A DNA stretch of 24,905 nt from an uncultured Thermococci archaeon (GTDB taxonomy: Archaea; Methanobacteriota_B; Thermococci; Thermococcales; Thermococcaceae), in NCBI GenBank assembly GCA_964487115.1, contig CAZAPD010000077.1, forward strand, positions 1 through 24,905. Direction: 5' to 3'. The position numbers and the translations under genes are program-made. Below, in pieces: positions 1 to 7,463 of this stretch; within the stretch, counting starts at the first letter, position 1, and every line of letters begins with the position of its first letter. The notes under the pieces were generated by a model. The model did not search any database. It was given only the letters and a program-made list of their open reading frames with translations, and was not told the origin of the DNA.

Positions 1-173
1 CCAAAGTCAACTTCCTGCAGACTCAACGTGGCCGTCTCTGGTTGCCTCAGCTCAAGATGAACCGTACAAGTTGTTGAATCATCGAGATCAACGACACTAG
101 GCTTGCACTCCATGCTTGCAATTATATTGCTCACAGGCTTCACCTCAACCCTCACCTCGCTCCAGTGTTCTTC
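1..173 (-). pseudogene. Orphan C-terminal tip cassette D (5'-truncated, runs off the window edge)
   Basis: Not in the ORF track. Manual translation gives EEHWSEVRVEVKPVSNIIASMECKPSVVDLDDSTTCTVHLELRQPETATLSLQEVDFG, open to position 1. It has the same junction motif as the tips at 3863-3900 and 5382-5419, and the two-Cys / V.FG pattern of tip A (ATLDCP...QCKIKV...KVIFG). Confidence 0.8.
136..173. repeat. Junction repeat J2 copy 1 (encodes EEHWSEVRVEVKP on the minus strand)
   Basis: ggcttcacctcaaccctcacctcgctccagtgttcttc matches 3863-3900 at 35/38 (29-bp exact core 139-167 = 3866-3894) and 5382-5419 at 33/38. Confidence 0.92.
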
Positions 174-559
174 TCTTGGAACGCACAGTAAACAATTATA
201 GTTGTTATTGCACTCATGGGGACAATAAAAAGCCAAAATTGGGTATTTGAAGAATATGCATTGAGCATAAAGAGGGGAGTTGAAATTAAGATAAAAATAG
301 AGAAAAATTGCTTTACTTTTCCCCTCTTTCCAAGCAAGAACTCATACACAATATCAAAGCCTAACCTGTAATAAATGCCCTTATAAACGTGCCTGCCAAG
401 CTTTCTCATCAATAGATCTACGGTTAATACAATGATTAAGCCAAGAACTATTCCAACAAGAGAGTTAATCCCGCTCTTAATACCGTATTTCCAAGATTCT
501 ACAACAATAAAAGCAAAAAGGAGTAGGGGTGAATATCGATATTTCGAACACAAGGCCAT
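152..559 (-). CDS. Small polytopic membrane protein, putative immunity/partner
   Basis: 135 aa with about 4 hydrophobic segments. RBS-like GAGGGGG upstream. Its last codons and stop lie inside repeat J2. Confidence 0.7.
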   Translation of the reverse strand: MALCSKYRYSPLLLFAFIVVESWKYGIKSGINSLVGIVLGLIIVLTVDLLMRKLGRHVYKGIYYRLGFDIVYEFLLGKRGKVKQFFSIFILISTPLFMLNAYSSNTQFWLFIVPMSAITTIIVYCAFQEKNTGAR

Positions 560-569
560 AGGAACCCCC

Positions 570-651
570 TCATGTGTGTTCTAATATTGCAGGTTTGATG
601 AACGCATTCCAAATGAATCTATGATTCCCAATGTACCATACTTAATCTTTC
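570..651 (-). pseudogene. Remnant 3' end of a lost tip cassette
   Basis: With one frameshift it reads KIKYGTLGII(G)FIWNAFIKPAILEHT*, resembling the end of 1170..1799 (GILIGVIFYKVKGYILEHI*). It sits directly upstream of a membrane gene. Confidence 0.55.
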
Positions 652-681
652 TATGATGCAAATGGTGCATCTGATAGAGAT

Positions 682-1158
682 TTAAGTTTTTCTCAATATA
701 ATTGCGATTATGAGTATAATTCCAGTTGTAAAAATGCCTACAACCAGAGACTGAATTACAGAGTGAGGACTACCTCGAAGTAGGAAGAACCCCGCAACCG
801 GTAAGAAAATAACTTTAAATACAGCCCCTACTTTTTTGTTATCATGGGCAACTTCTCTAACCCATACAAAAACAAAGACCGTTCCTGCAGTTATCAGCAG
901 ACTGGCAATAAATCCTATAAGGCCTCCATTCACCAAAACAGGAAAAGTTGGCATGATGAAAGCGATAATGGATAGTGGCAATATGTCTCTTCTCTGGACA
1001 CCCTCGGTTATTAACACTAAAAGCGAGAATAATGCTACCTCTGTGACAATGAACCCCATAGTCCAGTTTAAGTCCTTCATTATGTTCCATCCAATGTGAA
1101 TTCCAATAAGAATAAAGGAAAAGGCAAGTATGGAATGGAGACCCCTCACAGTCCTCAT
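682..1158 (-). CDS. Small polytopic membrane protein, putative immunity/partner of tip C
   Basis: 158 aa with 5-6 hydrophobic segments. GAGGTGA RBS overlaps the tip C stop. VRGLH...VQRRDILPLS resembles VRVLH...VTKQDILTVS of 2908..3243. Confidence 0.75.
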   Translation of the reverse strand: MRTVRGLHSILAFSFILIGIHIGWNIMKDLNWTMGFIVTEVALFSLLVLITEGVQRRDILPLSIIAFIMPTFPVLVNGGLIGFIASLLITAGTVFVFVWVREVAHDNKKVGAVFKVIFLPVAGFFLLRGSPHSVIQSLVVGIFTTGIILIIAIILRKT

Positions 1159-1169
1159 GAGTCGTCACC

Positions 1170-1799
1170 TCAAATGTGTTCTAAGATATATCCCTTAACT
1201 TTGTAAAAGATTACTCCTATTAAAATTCCTACTGGATTAAACTCAACTTTCCCAATCTTTGTCTTACCCGGGACGTTTATTAGGGTCCAAGCTGACAGGT
1301 AGGCCATTGCCCCGGTTAGTATGTAATCCGTTGTGATTGTTTTTGTGTCCATTTTTATCTTGACAGTATTGTAGATTTTTCCGGAAAAGTGGGTCCAAGT
1401 GTTTCCATCGTAGTTGTATCCGAGCGTATAATTAAACTTGACTGTTGTATATTCTCCATCCTTAAGTACGACTTCAGTAGCATCACTTCCACTTATCGGA
1501 ACCCATGAGCTTATTTCTACTGGGAGGCTGAACAAGACGCTTTGAGTTCCTTGGGGTGAAACGTTAAATGTTTCTGGCTGAATGTTCCACTTACCCGCAT
1601 TCAGACTGCCTGCTGGCACATCTTCCAACTCCCCAAGAGAGTACTCCAAGACAGCAATATCCTTGACCTTAGCCTTTATACTAGCAGGGTTATAAAGATA
1701 AACCCTGCATGATAGAGTTGCTCTGTAAGCATAATCCTTAAAGTCAAAGTACAAATCATCGCATTCAAAGCCCACCTGTTTCAATCCTGCCCAATTCAT
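1170..1799 (-). CDS. Orphan C-terminal tip cassette C (paralog of the head protein's last domain)
   Basis: LKQVGFECDDLYFDFK is identical to tip B. The C.DL.F.F...Y...C pattern is shared with the head protein (CNDLNFNF...YVSPLEC). Hydrophobic C-terminus, no signal peptide, GGTGAT RBS before the ATG. Confidence 0.8.
   Translation of the reverse strand: MNWAGLKQVGFECDDLYFDFKDYAYRATLSCRVYLYNPASIKAKVKDIAVLEYSLGELEDVPAGSLNAGKWNIQPETFNVSPQGTQSVLFSLPVEISSWVPISGSDATEVVLKDGEYTTVKFNYTLGYNYDGNTWTHFSGKIYNTVKIKMDTKTITTDYILTGAMAYLSAWTLINVPGKTKIGKVEFNPVGILIGVIFYKVKGYILEHI
1737..1784. repeat. Junction repeat J3 copy 1 (48 bp exact)
   Basis: cttaaagtcaaagtacaaatcatcgcattcaaagcccacctgtttcaa is identical to 3799-3846. 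Confidence 0.95.
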
Positions 1800-1824
1800 T
1801 CTATCACCGCCAACACTTTTTCAC

Positions 1825-2340
1825 TTACTTTTTGTCCCTGACATTTCTAGACTCCCTAAACTCCGTGAAGATGACATAGATGGCATATATTGCCATTAGG
1901 ACAAGGGTTTGAATCCCGTATATTGCGTGATACCACCCAGCGATGAGCAGGGGTGGAATGGCTGTTATTAAAAGTGCCTTCACCGGGCGTTCCTTCAGCT
2001 TCAAATCCTCCGCCACTTCATTCAGGAAAGTGAGCACCCTGTCGATCTTAAAAAGCGGTAGGAACAGCCACAATAACCACAGGATTGCAGCGAAGCCACC
2101 TAGAGATTCCATTCCTGCTATTACCGCCGCCACAGACAGCCATGAAGGCATAAAGACCTTTGCCTCAAATTTAAATTCAACATCTTCAAACCAAGGCAGG
2201 ACTAAAACAGCCGCTGTCAAATACAAGTTCAGCTGGAGCAGGGGGTAAGCCGTCTCGGAATAGTTATCCCCCGTGGAAAACAGGAAAATTAAAGAGAGAA
2301 TACCAATCAGTGTCGGGATGTACCGGATTACTTTCCCCAT
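1825..2340 (-). CDS. Polytopic membrane protein, putative orphan immunity (paralog of 4049..4729)
   Basis: 171 aa, hydrophobic. GDNYSETAY..LQLNLYL and NEVAEDLKLKERPVKALLITAIPP align by eye with ADDYEEYIY..VKANLLL and KEVFDEDAISPERKAIRTLVVAFTAP. Confidence 0.72.
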   Translation of the reverse strand: MGKVIRYIPTLIGILSLIFLFSTGDNYSETAYPLLQLNLYLTAAVLVLPWFEDVEFKFEAKVFMPSWLSVAAVIAGMESLGGFAAILWLLWLFLPLFKIDRVLTFLNEVAEDLKLKERPVKALLITAIPPLLIAGWYHAIYGIQTLVLMAIYAIYVIFTEFRESRNVRDKK

Positions 2341-2344
2341 TCCA

Positions 2345-2884
2345 TCATCCTCCTACGACGTTGTTATTATCAGGGTTATCCAGTATAGCCCCCTCTCTAA
2401 GATTTTTTATTATCAGACATGCCCACAGACTGAGGAGTGCAAACAGTAGGGGTTCTAAAAGGCTCTTTGTCTTTATGAGGACTAAGAGTGAGAGCACTAA
2501 CAGGAAAATGGCCACTCTATCTTCGGATAGTTCATCAATAATTCTCCAAGTTGTTGCATATATGAAAGCTCCGGCAATGAAAAACATCACAAGATTTCTG
2601 TTAAAATTTGCCTTTGTAGAATGAGCAAGAATTGTGGGCAATAGAAAACCAACCACAACTAAATTCGAAATCACAAGAGGCTTGACAAATCTTGTATCTC
2701 TATGTGCACCCCATTTGTGCTCCTGGTGGTGAATTTCAAGTCTAATTGCGAAATAAGTCACCAGATACCCTATAGCATAAATCAACGTCTGAGAGTTTCT
2801 ACTAAGGAATCCATACACAAGGCTGCCAAAAATTAAAATTGGAAGATAAAACGTCAGGACATTGTGAACGCGGGCTTCATCCAT
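2345..2884 (-). CDS. Polytopic membrane protein with a tip-like C-terminal tail
   Basis: Likely start is the ATG at 2884 (MDEARVHN) after GGGGTGAT, which removes the overlap with 2908..3243. About 6 TM segments. Ends REGAILDNPDNNNVVGG*. Confidence 0.72.
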   Translation of the reverse strand: MDEARVHNVLTFYLPILIFGSLVYGFLSRNSQTLIYAIGYLVTYFAIRLEIHHQEHKWGAHRDTRFVKPLVISNLVVVGFLLPTILAHSTKANFNRNLVMFFIAGAFIYATTWRIIDELSEDRVAIFLLVLSLLVLIKTKSLLEPLLFALLSLWACLIIKNLREGAILDNPDNNNVVGG

Positions 2885-2907
2885 AATATCACCCCACAAA
2901 GTAATTG

Positions 2908-3243
2908 CTATCGAGGTGTTTTTGACACTTTCAAGAATATGGCATACACAATTAGAGCTGATGCTAAAGCCCACATCACCGATAACAACATTCCAAATAG
3001 AGAGAGTCCAAATTTACCCAAGTTAAGAATCAAAATTCCAGCGAAAGAAACTGTGAGTATGTCCTGTTTTGTAACTGGTTTTTGACGAGAAATCCTCAAT
3101 TTAAATCCTCCTGCCATAACCAGAGCTAGAAATAGGTTGTAAAGGAGTATTAGGATAGTATCATCAAATGAAAGCACATGACTAGTTGCTCCAACTGCCA
3201 CTAAAAGTGGAAAAAGGTGAAGAACTCTTACGTATTTCTCCAT
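2908..3243 (-). CDS. Small membrane protein, putative immunity/partner of tip B
   Basis: 111 aa with about 4 hydrophobic segments. GAGGTGAT RBS overlaps the tip B stop. Confidence 0.72.
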   Translation of the reverse strand: MEKYVRVLHLFPLLVAVGATSHVLSFDDTILILLYNLFLALVMAGGFKLRISRQKPVTKQDILTVSFAGILILNLGKFGLSLFGMLLSVMWALASALIVYAIFLKVSKTPR

Positions 3244-3798
3244 GCTATCACCTCACGACCAGTTTGTTATAATCCAGTTTTTGGCTTCATTCAACAAGAA
3301 AGTCGCAAGAATAGATACTCCAGCCTTTTTTGCGGCGCCTTTCCAACCAGTTGCAGAGACTATAACAGCCTCTGGTGCATAATATGCCAGAGTTATTGCA
3401 ATCAGGGCATCTCCTCCGTAGTCAAGAACCACGTCATTCCAATCTGCATGGATTGTCATGATGTCAGAACCCTCGAACGATGATATTTCTTCACTTGTCC
3501 CTTCCCAATGTACATCGTAGAGTATGGTAATCGTAGTTGAAAGTCCCCACAGATCTTTTATGAGATTTATCCCATCGAGGGTACCGTAAACTTTTGCAGT
3601 CGTTGAAAAGATTACGGTGCCATATCCACCTGCAGGGATTGCCTCAGGTGCCGAGACACTCCATGGCACTGACAAAGCTCTTTCCAAATCTTGGGAATCT
3701 ACCCGAGCATTCATAGTGATTTTCGTAATTGAAGCATCTCCTGAGTAGGAATTATACAAGATGGCTTTGCATGTTATTGGAGCAATATATTCCCCATT

Positions 3799-3846
3799 CT
3801 TAAAGTCAAAGTACAAATCATCGCATTCAAAGCCCACCTGTTTCAA
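3799..3846. repeat. Junction repeat J3 copy 2 (48 bp exact)
   Basis: Identical to 1737-1784. Confidence 0.95.
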
Positions 3847-3862
3847 CTCTGTCCCATTCATT

Positions 3863-3900
3863 GGTTTCACCTCAACCCTCACCTCGCTCCAGTGCTCCTC
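3863..3900. repeat. Junction repeat J2 copy 2
   Basis: ggtttcacctcaaccctcacctcgctccagtgctcctc. Similarity to copy 3 extends to about 3962 / 5479. Confidence 0.92.
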
Positions 3901-4048
3901 ACCAACCCCGTTAGGTTTGTCGTCATAGTTGTCGAGGAATAGCTTGTAAGTAATGAGTGCCCATCAAGATCCGAGAGTTCCTCTTTTTTATCAAAATGTA
4001 CGCAGGATATCCCCATCTAATACTGCCGACTTAAAGTGTCACCCTTCA

Positions 4049-4729
4049 TTATGGATTCCCACCTGTAATCTTGATCACTACAATTCCTAAAATTAAGTCC
4101 AGGGATAAAAGTGGCCATCCCCTCTCTAGCCCTATGGAAGATAGCGTGAGTAGCACATGATAAATTATTGGGGCAGTAAATGCAACCACAAGCGTTCTTA
4201 TCGCTTTTCTTTCAGGGGATATAGCGTCTTCATCAAACACCTCCTTTATAAGTCCCCATGCAATGCCTGCAACACCAACCGCAAGAGCGATAACACCTCC
4301 AAGCCTCAATGTCAGTCCGAGCATGAGGAGCAGAGCAGCAGTTAGGTTCATGAACACTGCATAATCCCCGTGCCTAGGGGATATTATAACGAAGAAACTC
4401 ACGTACGTCAAAAAGTATCCAAGGAACACTAATCCCACACCTTTTGACCCTCCTATAACCGGAGTCAGGCCCAATAGAGGAATTAAGATAAAGTAACTTG
4501 CAAGTACCTTGGCCTTTAATGTCTCATTAGGGTAGTACCACTTAAACAGGAAAGCCAGAATAAGGGAGGGAGCTACAAGTACAAAAAGGAGAAGATTGGC
4601 TTTAACAACGCCACTCCAGTAAATATACTCTTCGTAATCATCTGCGAATATGAAAAATCCAACCGACGTAGCAAACAAATAAATAAAAAAGAAAAATATT
4701 GAGGCTCCGTAATAGTCCCTCTCCTTCAT
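4049..4729 (-). CDS. Polytopic membrane protein, putative immunity/partner of tip A
   Basis: 226 aa with about 8 hydrophobic segments. Starts 3 nt after the tip A stop, with GGAGGGTGA as RBS. Confidence 0.78.
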   Translation of the reverse strand: MKERDYYGASIFFFFIYLFATSVGFFIFADDYEEYIYWSGVVKANLLLFVLVAPSLILAFLFKWYYPNETLKAKVLASYFILIPLLGLTPVIGGSKGVGLVFLGYFLTYVSFFVIISPRHGDYAVFMNLTAALLLMLGLTLRLGGVIALAVGVAGIAWGLIKEVFDEDAISPERKAIRTLVVAFTAPIIYHVLLTLSSIGLERGWPLLSLDLILGIVVIKITGGNP

Positions 4730-4732
4730 TTT

Positions 4733-5740
4733 TCACCCTCCCGTTACATCGTTGCCATCATATGAACTATCAGGAATTATGCCCTCTTTATGTTTTAAGG
4801 ATGTATATATTACCTCAATAAGAAGTTTAAACCAGTTCAGAGATCCTGAGTCTACTAAAGCCTGTCCTGCGACACCACTTGCCCCTCCTCCGGCAGCCCC
4901 TACAAGTATGCTCCCTCCTCCGAAAAATGCAACCGCTGCTCCTATTCCCGCTCCTGAAATTGCTGCAGTTCCATAGTTATATACTGTCTGAAGAAAGGAG
5001 TTTGCCTCAGTAATTTCTATTATGTCACTTGCTGGAGGTAAATTCGTGAAATATACCTTGACAAGATAGGGGGAGTATTCGGGAAGTTTGTAGTTGAAAA
5101 ACGTATCTCCATACAACAGCTTAGCCAGGCCATTCATGCTGAGAGTTAGAGATACATTATTAACTCCGTGGGCTGGTACAGTTATTAAGAGTTGATCAAT
5201 CTCAGCAGCAGTGGTGTCAGCACCTTCCCAGATAACATTGTTTCCAAATATTACCTTGGTTATCTTTGTCGAGAATACTCCATCTCCTGTGTTCCAGACC
5301 TTTATTTTACACTGGACAGGTTTTTCATCATTTTGTGGTACCCTTCGGGGGCAGTCTAACGTTGCGTAAGCTAATTTATTGGGCCTCACTTCTACTCTCA
5401 CTTCGCTCCAGTGTTCTTCGCCTATTCCGTTTGGTTTTCCATCAGTGTTGTCAAGGAAGAGTTTGAATGTGTGGTTGCCTACACCATCAACCTGTAGGTT
5501 GAAGGCTGTTAGAGTGTAGTTTTGAGCGTTGGCTGGGAGTTTGCCCTCAAATCCCTCAATGCGTTTCACTATTGCTCCGTTCTCATCTTCTACGAAACCG
5601 TTCAATGGAATTGCGGAATTCTCGAAATTCCAGCCTTTAACCGTGAAGTACACTGTCCCACCACCCTCCAGCTCGATCGGAAAAACCTCAAGCTTAACAT
5701 CAAACTGCTGCACCTGACCAACAACACCAACACCCCCCAC
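4733..5740 (-). CDS. Orphan two-domain tip cassette A (Ig-like domain + terminal domain with a glycine-rich hydrophobic segment)
   Basis: KLEVFPIELEGGGTVYFTVKG / GNHTFKL / VRVEVRP align with head WLDVIPTLMVGDGKVHVRIKA / GNHSIIL / VTVEVLP. No signal peptide or clear RBS, so probably a 5'-truncated fragment. Confidence 0.78.
   Translation of the reverse strand: MGGVGVVGQVQQFDVKLEVFPIELEGGGTVYFTVKGWNFENSAIPLNGFVEDENGAIVKRIEGFEGKLPANAQNYTLTAFNLQVDGVGNHTFKLFLDNTDGKPNGIGEEHWSEVRVEVRPNKLAYATLDCPRRVPQNDEKPVQCKIKVWNTGDGVFSTKITKVIFGNNVIWEGADTTAAEIDQLLITVPAHGVNNVSLTLSMNGLAKLLYGDTFFNYKLPEYSPYLVKVYFTNLPPASDIIEITEANSFLQTVYNYGTAAISGAGIGAAVAFFGGGSILVGAAGGGASGVAGQALVDSGSLNWFKLLIEVIYTSLKHKEGIIPDSSYDGNDVTGG
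5382..5419. repeat. Junction repeat J2 copy 3 (EEHWSEVRVEVRP)
   Basis: ggcctcacttctactctcacttcgctccagtgttcttc matches copy 1 at 33/38, with mostly synonymous changes. Confidence 0.88.
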
Positions 5741-5827
5741 TTTTCTTCAATTTTTGGTTCTGTTATGCAATACAATTCTATCACTCCATGTCAGCCTTTG
5801 ATAAAACGCTAATGCTTACATCCACCT

Positions 5828-6235
5828 TCAAGTTCTTTGGATGTATTGCAATACTTTGAGAGTTAATTGGCTCCAGAGGTACGCAAGTAGTATTACAATG
5901 AATATCTTGAGAACTAATGGCCATTGACGTTTCCACAAAATTAAGGAGGTAAGAATACTAAAAGCTCCAAATGAAGCAATCCAGTCATGTATAGATACTT
6001 CCCATTTTTCTGGGACGTCTATGACTAAGTATAACAGAGCCATTAAGAATACAAACCATCCGTAGGCTATTCCCAGCTTTATTATCTCTTTAATGTATCC
6101 AAACAGCGTGAATTTTGACGGTGGAATTAATAGGAGCCCTGTGGCTAAGATGTTTAAAAATAAAAGTTCTGGAAAGGAAAGGTTATCTATAATTCCGATT
6201 ATTTCCCTTCTTACCTTCCGAATCTGGATCACCAT
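5828..6235 (-). CDS. Small membrane protein, putative orphan immunity/partner
   Basis: 135 aa with about 4 hydrophobic segments. GAGGTTGAT RBS upstream. Confidence 0.7.
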   Translation of the reverse strand: MVIQIRKVRREIIGIIDNLSFPELLFLNILATGLLLIPPSKFTLFGYIKEIIKLGIAYGWFVFLMALLYLVIDVPEKWEVSIHDWIASFGAFSILTSLILWKRQWPLVLKIFIVILLAYLWSQLTLKVLQYIQRT

Positions 6236-6339
6236 AATATCAACCTCAGAGATCGTAATTTCTCAGATATACTATTTTTGCTATCTTTTTGATAACCTCT
6301 ATTTATCATGGCTTGCAATGTAATTTCCATCTGGGTTTT

Positions 6340-6395
6340 TAAATTATGACAATTTTGAAGCGTCAAAGCTGTACAGTCCTGAAAATTAACAGATT
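6340..6395 (-). pseudogene. Relic fragment of a third paralog of 6969..7457
   Basis: Reads LLIF(+1)GLYSFDA versus LLILGLYSFDA. 6359-6379 vs 7287-7307 match at 16/21 nt, and all differences are synonymous. Confidence 0.5.
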
Positions 6396-6916
6396 ATTCT
6401 AACGCCCACATCTACTTTACTTGAAACCTTTTTGAGAGATAGCTCTTTTGTATCGACTGGATATTTTGCTTTTAGGCAGTTCCTGACTGCGTATTGGGTG
6501 AAGTAAGCAGAAATATTCCACAGAGTTATGACTATCCAAAATACTGGCTGTCTGTAGGCGATAAACGCTCCGAAGAACGTGTAAAACGTTGCCAGTGCCA
6601 TGAACTTTCTGGGGTTAACAGCCCATTCAATAGCATTAATGACATTTCGAATATTTTGATCCGATGGGATATATCCAAGTATGCAGTTTTTGATACATGC
6701 TTCGATAGAGTATGGATTGTATATCACTAAAAGGAGAAAGTAAGCAAAAGAAAATTTAAGAGCACTAAAAATCGCCTTTGAATAGTCATTAAGCACATGC
6801 AAAGAGAAAATGATAGTGGAAAGTACAGTCACTGCCCATAAGATCGCCAGATGTTTTAGGTCTATTAAATGATATAAGCAACTGATCCTTTCTTTATTTG
6901 TTCCCACAATATTCAC
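6386..6916 (-). CDS. Membrane protein, paralog of 6969..7457
   Basis: Shares IKNCILGY and LW....Y.T......C.K with the upstream gene. About 4 TM. Start codon uncertain. Confidence 0.72.
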   Translation of the reverse strand: MNIVGTNKERISCLYHLIDLKHLAILWAVTVLSTIIFSLHVLNDYSKAIFSALKFSFAYFLLLVIYNPYSIEACIKNCILGYIPSDQNIRNVINAIEWAVNPRKFMALATFYTFFGAFIAYRQPVFWIVITLWNISAYFTQYAVRNCLKAKYPVDTKELSLKKVSSKVDVGVRIIC

Positions 6917-6968
6917 CCCACATACTTGTCTATTATAGAGACTATGCCGTTCTTTATAGGTTCAAGAC

Positions 6969-7457
6969 TTAAGAATCTAGCCTAATCCTGTTACATTCAC
7001 TGGGTTTAACTCTATCAGTATTTTCAATTGTCATTAGACATTCCTTCGCACAGGATAAGGCTGTTCTCATGGTTATGTAAAGATCAACGGTCCACAGGGG
7101 TAATAGCAATATCGCTAGTGGGTTCCGGGAGGGGATATACATAACAAATGCAAGCCAAGCATAGAATAATATTGGAGCTCTGAAGTATTTTAGCTCTAAG
7201 AGCTGTTGTGTTGAGATTATGATTTCTTCAAGCTCTTTTTTTGAAACTTGATACCCGAGAATGCAATTTTTAATAATGAATCTCATGGCATCGAAGCTGT
7301 ATAATCCCAAGATTAACAAATATGGAGTAGTCAGCTCAATAGAAGTGATGACACTGTGAGAAAAAGAGAATATATAACCGAGAGTTGCCGATAACGTTAC
7401 TGCAAAAGCCACTCCCACTTTATAAATTTGAAATCTATCCCCGCAGGTTAGCCCCAT
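6969..7457 (-). CDS. Membrane protein, putative cognate immunity/partner of the head protein
   Basis: 162 aa with about 4 TM. Starts 6 nt after the head stop, with a GGGGTGAT RBS overlapping that stop. Confidence 0.78.
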   Translation of the reverse strand: MGLTCGDRFQIYKVGVAFAVTLSATLGYIFSFSHSVITSIELTTPYLLILGLYSFDAMRFIIKNCILGYQVSKKELEEIIISTQQLLELKYFRAPILFYAWLAFVMYIPSRNPLAILLLPLWTVDLYITMRTALSCAKECLMTIENTDRVKPSECNRIRLDS

Positions 7458-7463
7458 AGGAAA

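Larger units (their letters stand above)
3253..3963 (-). pseudogene. Orphan C-terminal tip cassette B (5'-truncated; possible internal ATG at 3861)
   Basis: ORF 3253..3882. Homology to tip A continues upstream of any start codon as YKLFLDNYDDKPNGVGEEHWSEVRVEVKP, then a frameshift and TGA at 3964-3966. The body aligns with the head C-terminus (DLERALS/DLEKAIP; AKNWII/AKNFIL). Confidence 0.8.

Noticed and set aside
2885..2974. N-terminal extension of ORF 2345..2974
   Set aside because: It overlaps the upstream gene, and a strong RBS precedes ATG 2884.
136..5419. Repeats interpreted as a CRISPR array
   Set aside because: The copies are kilobases apart, protein-coding and vary at synonymous sites; there are no regular spacers or cas genes.
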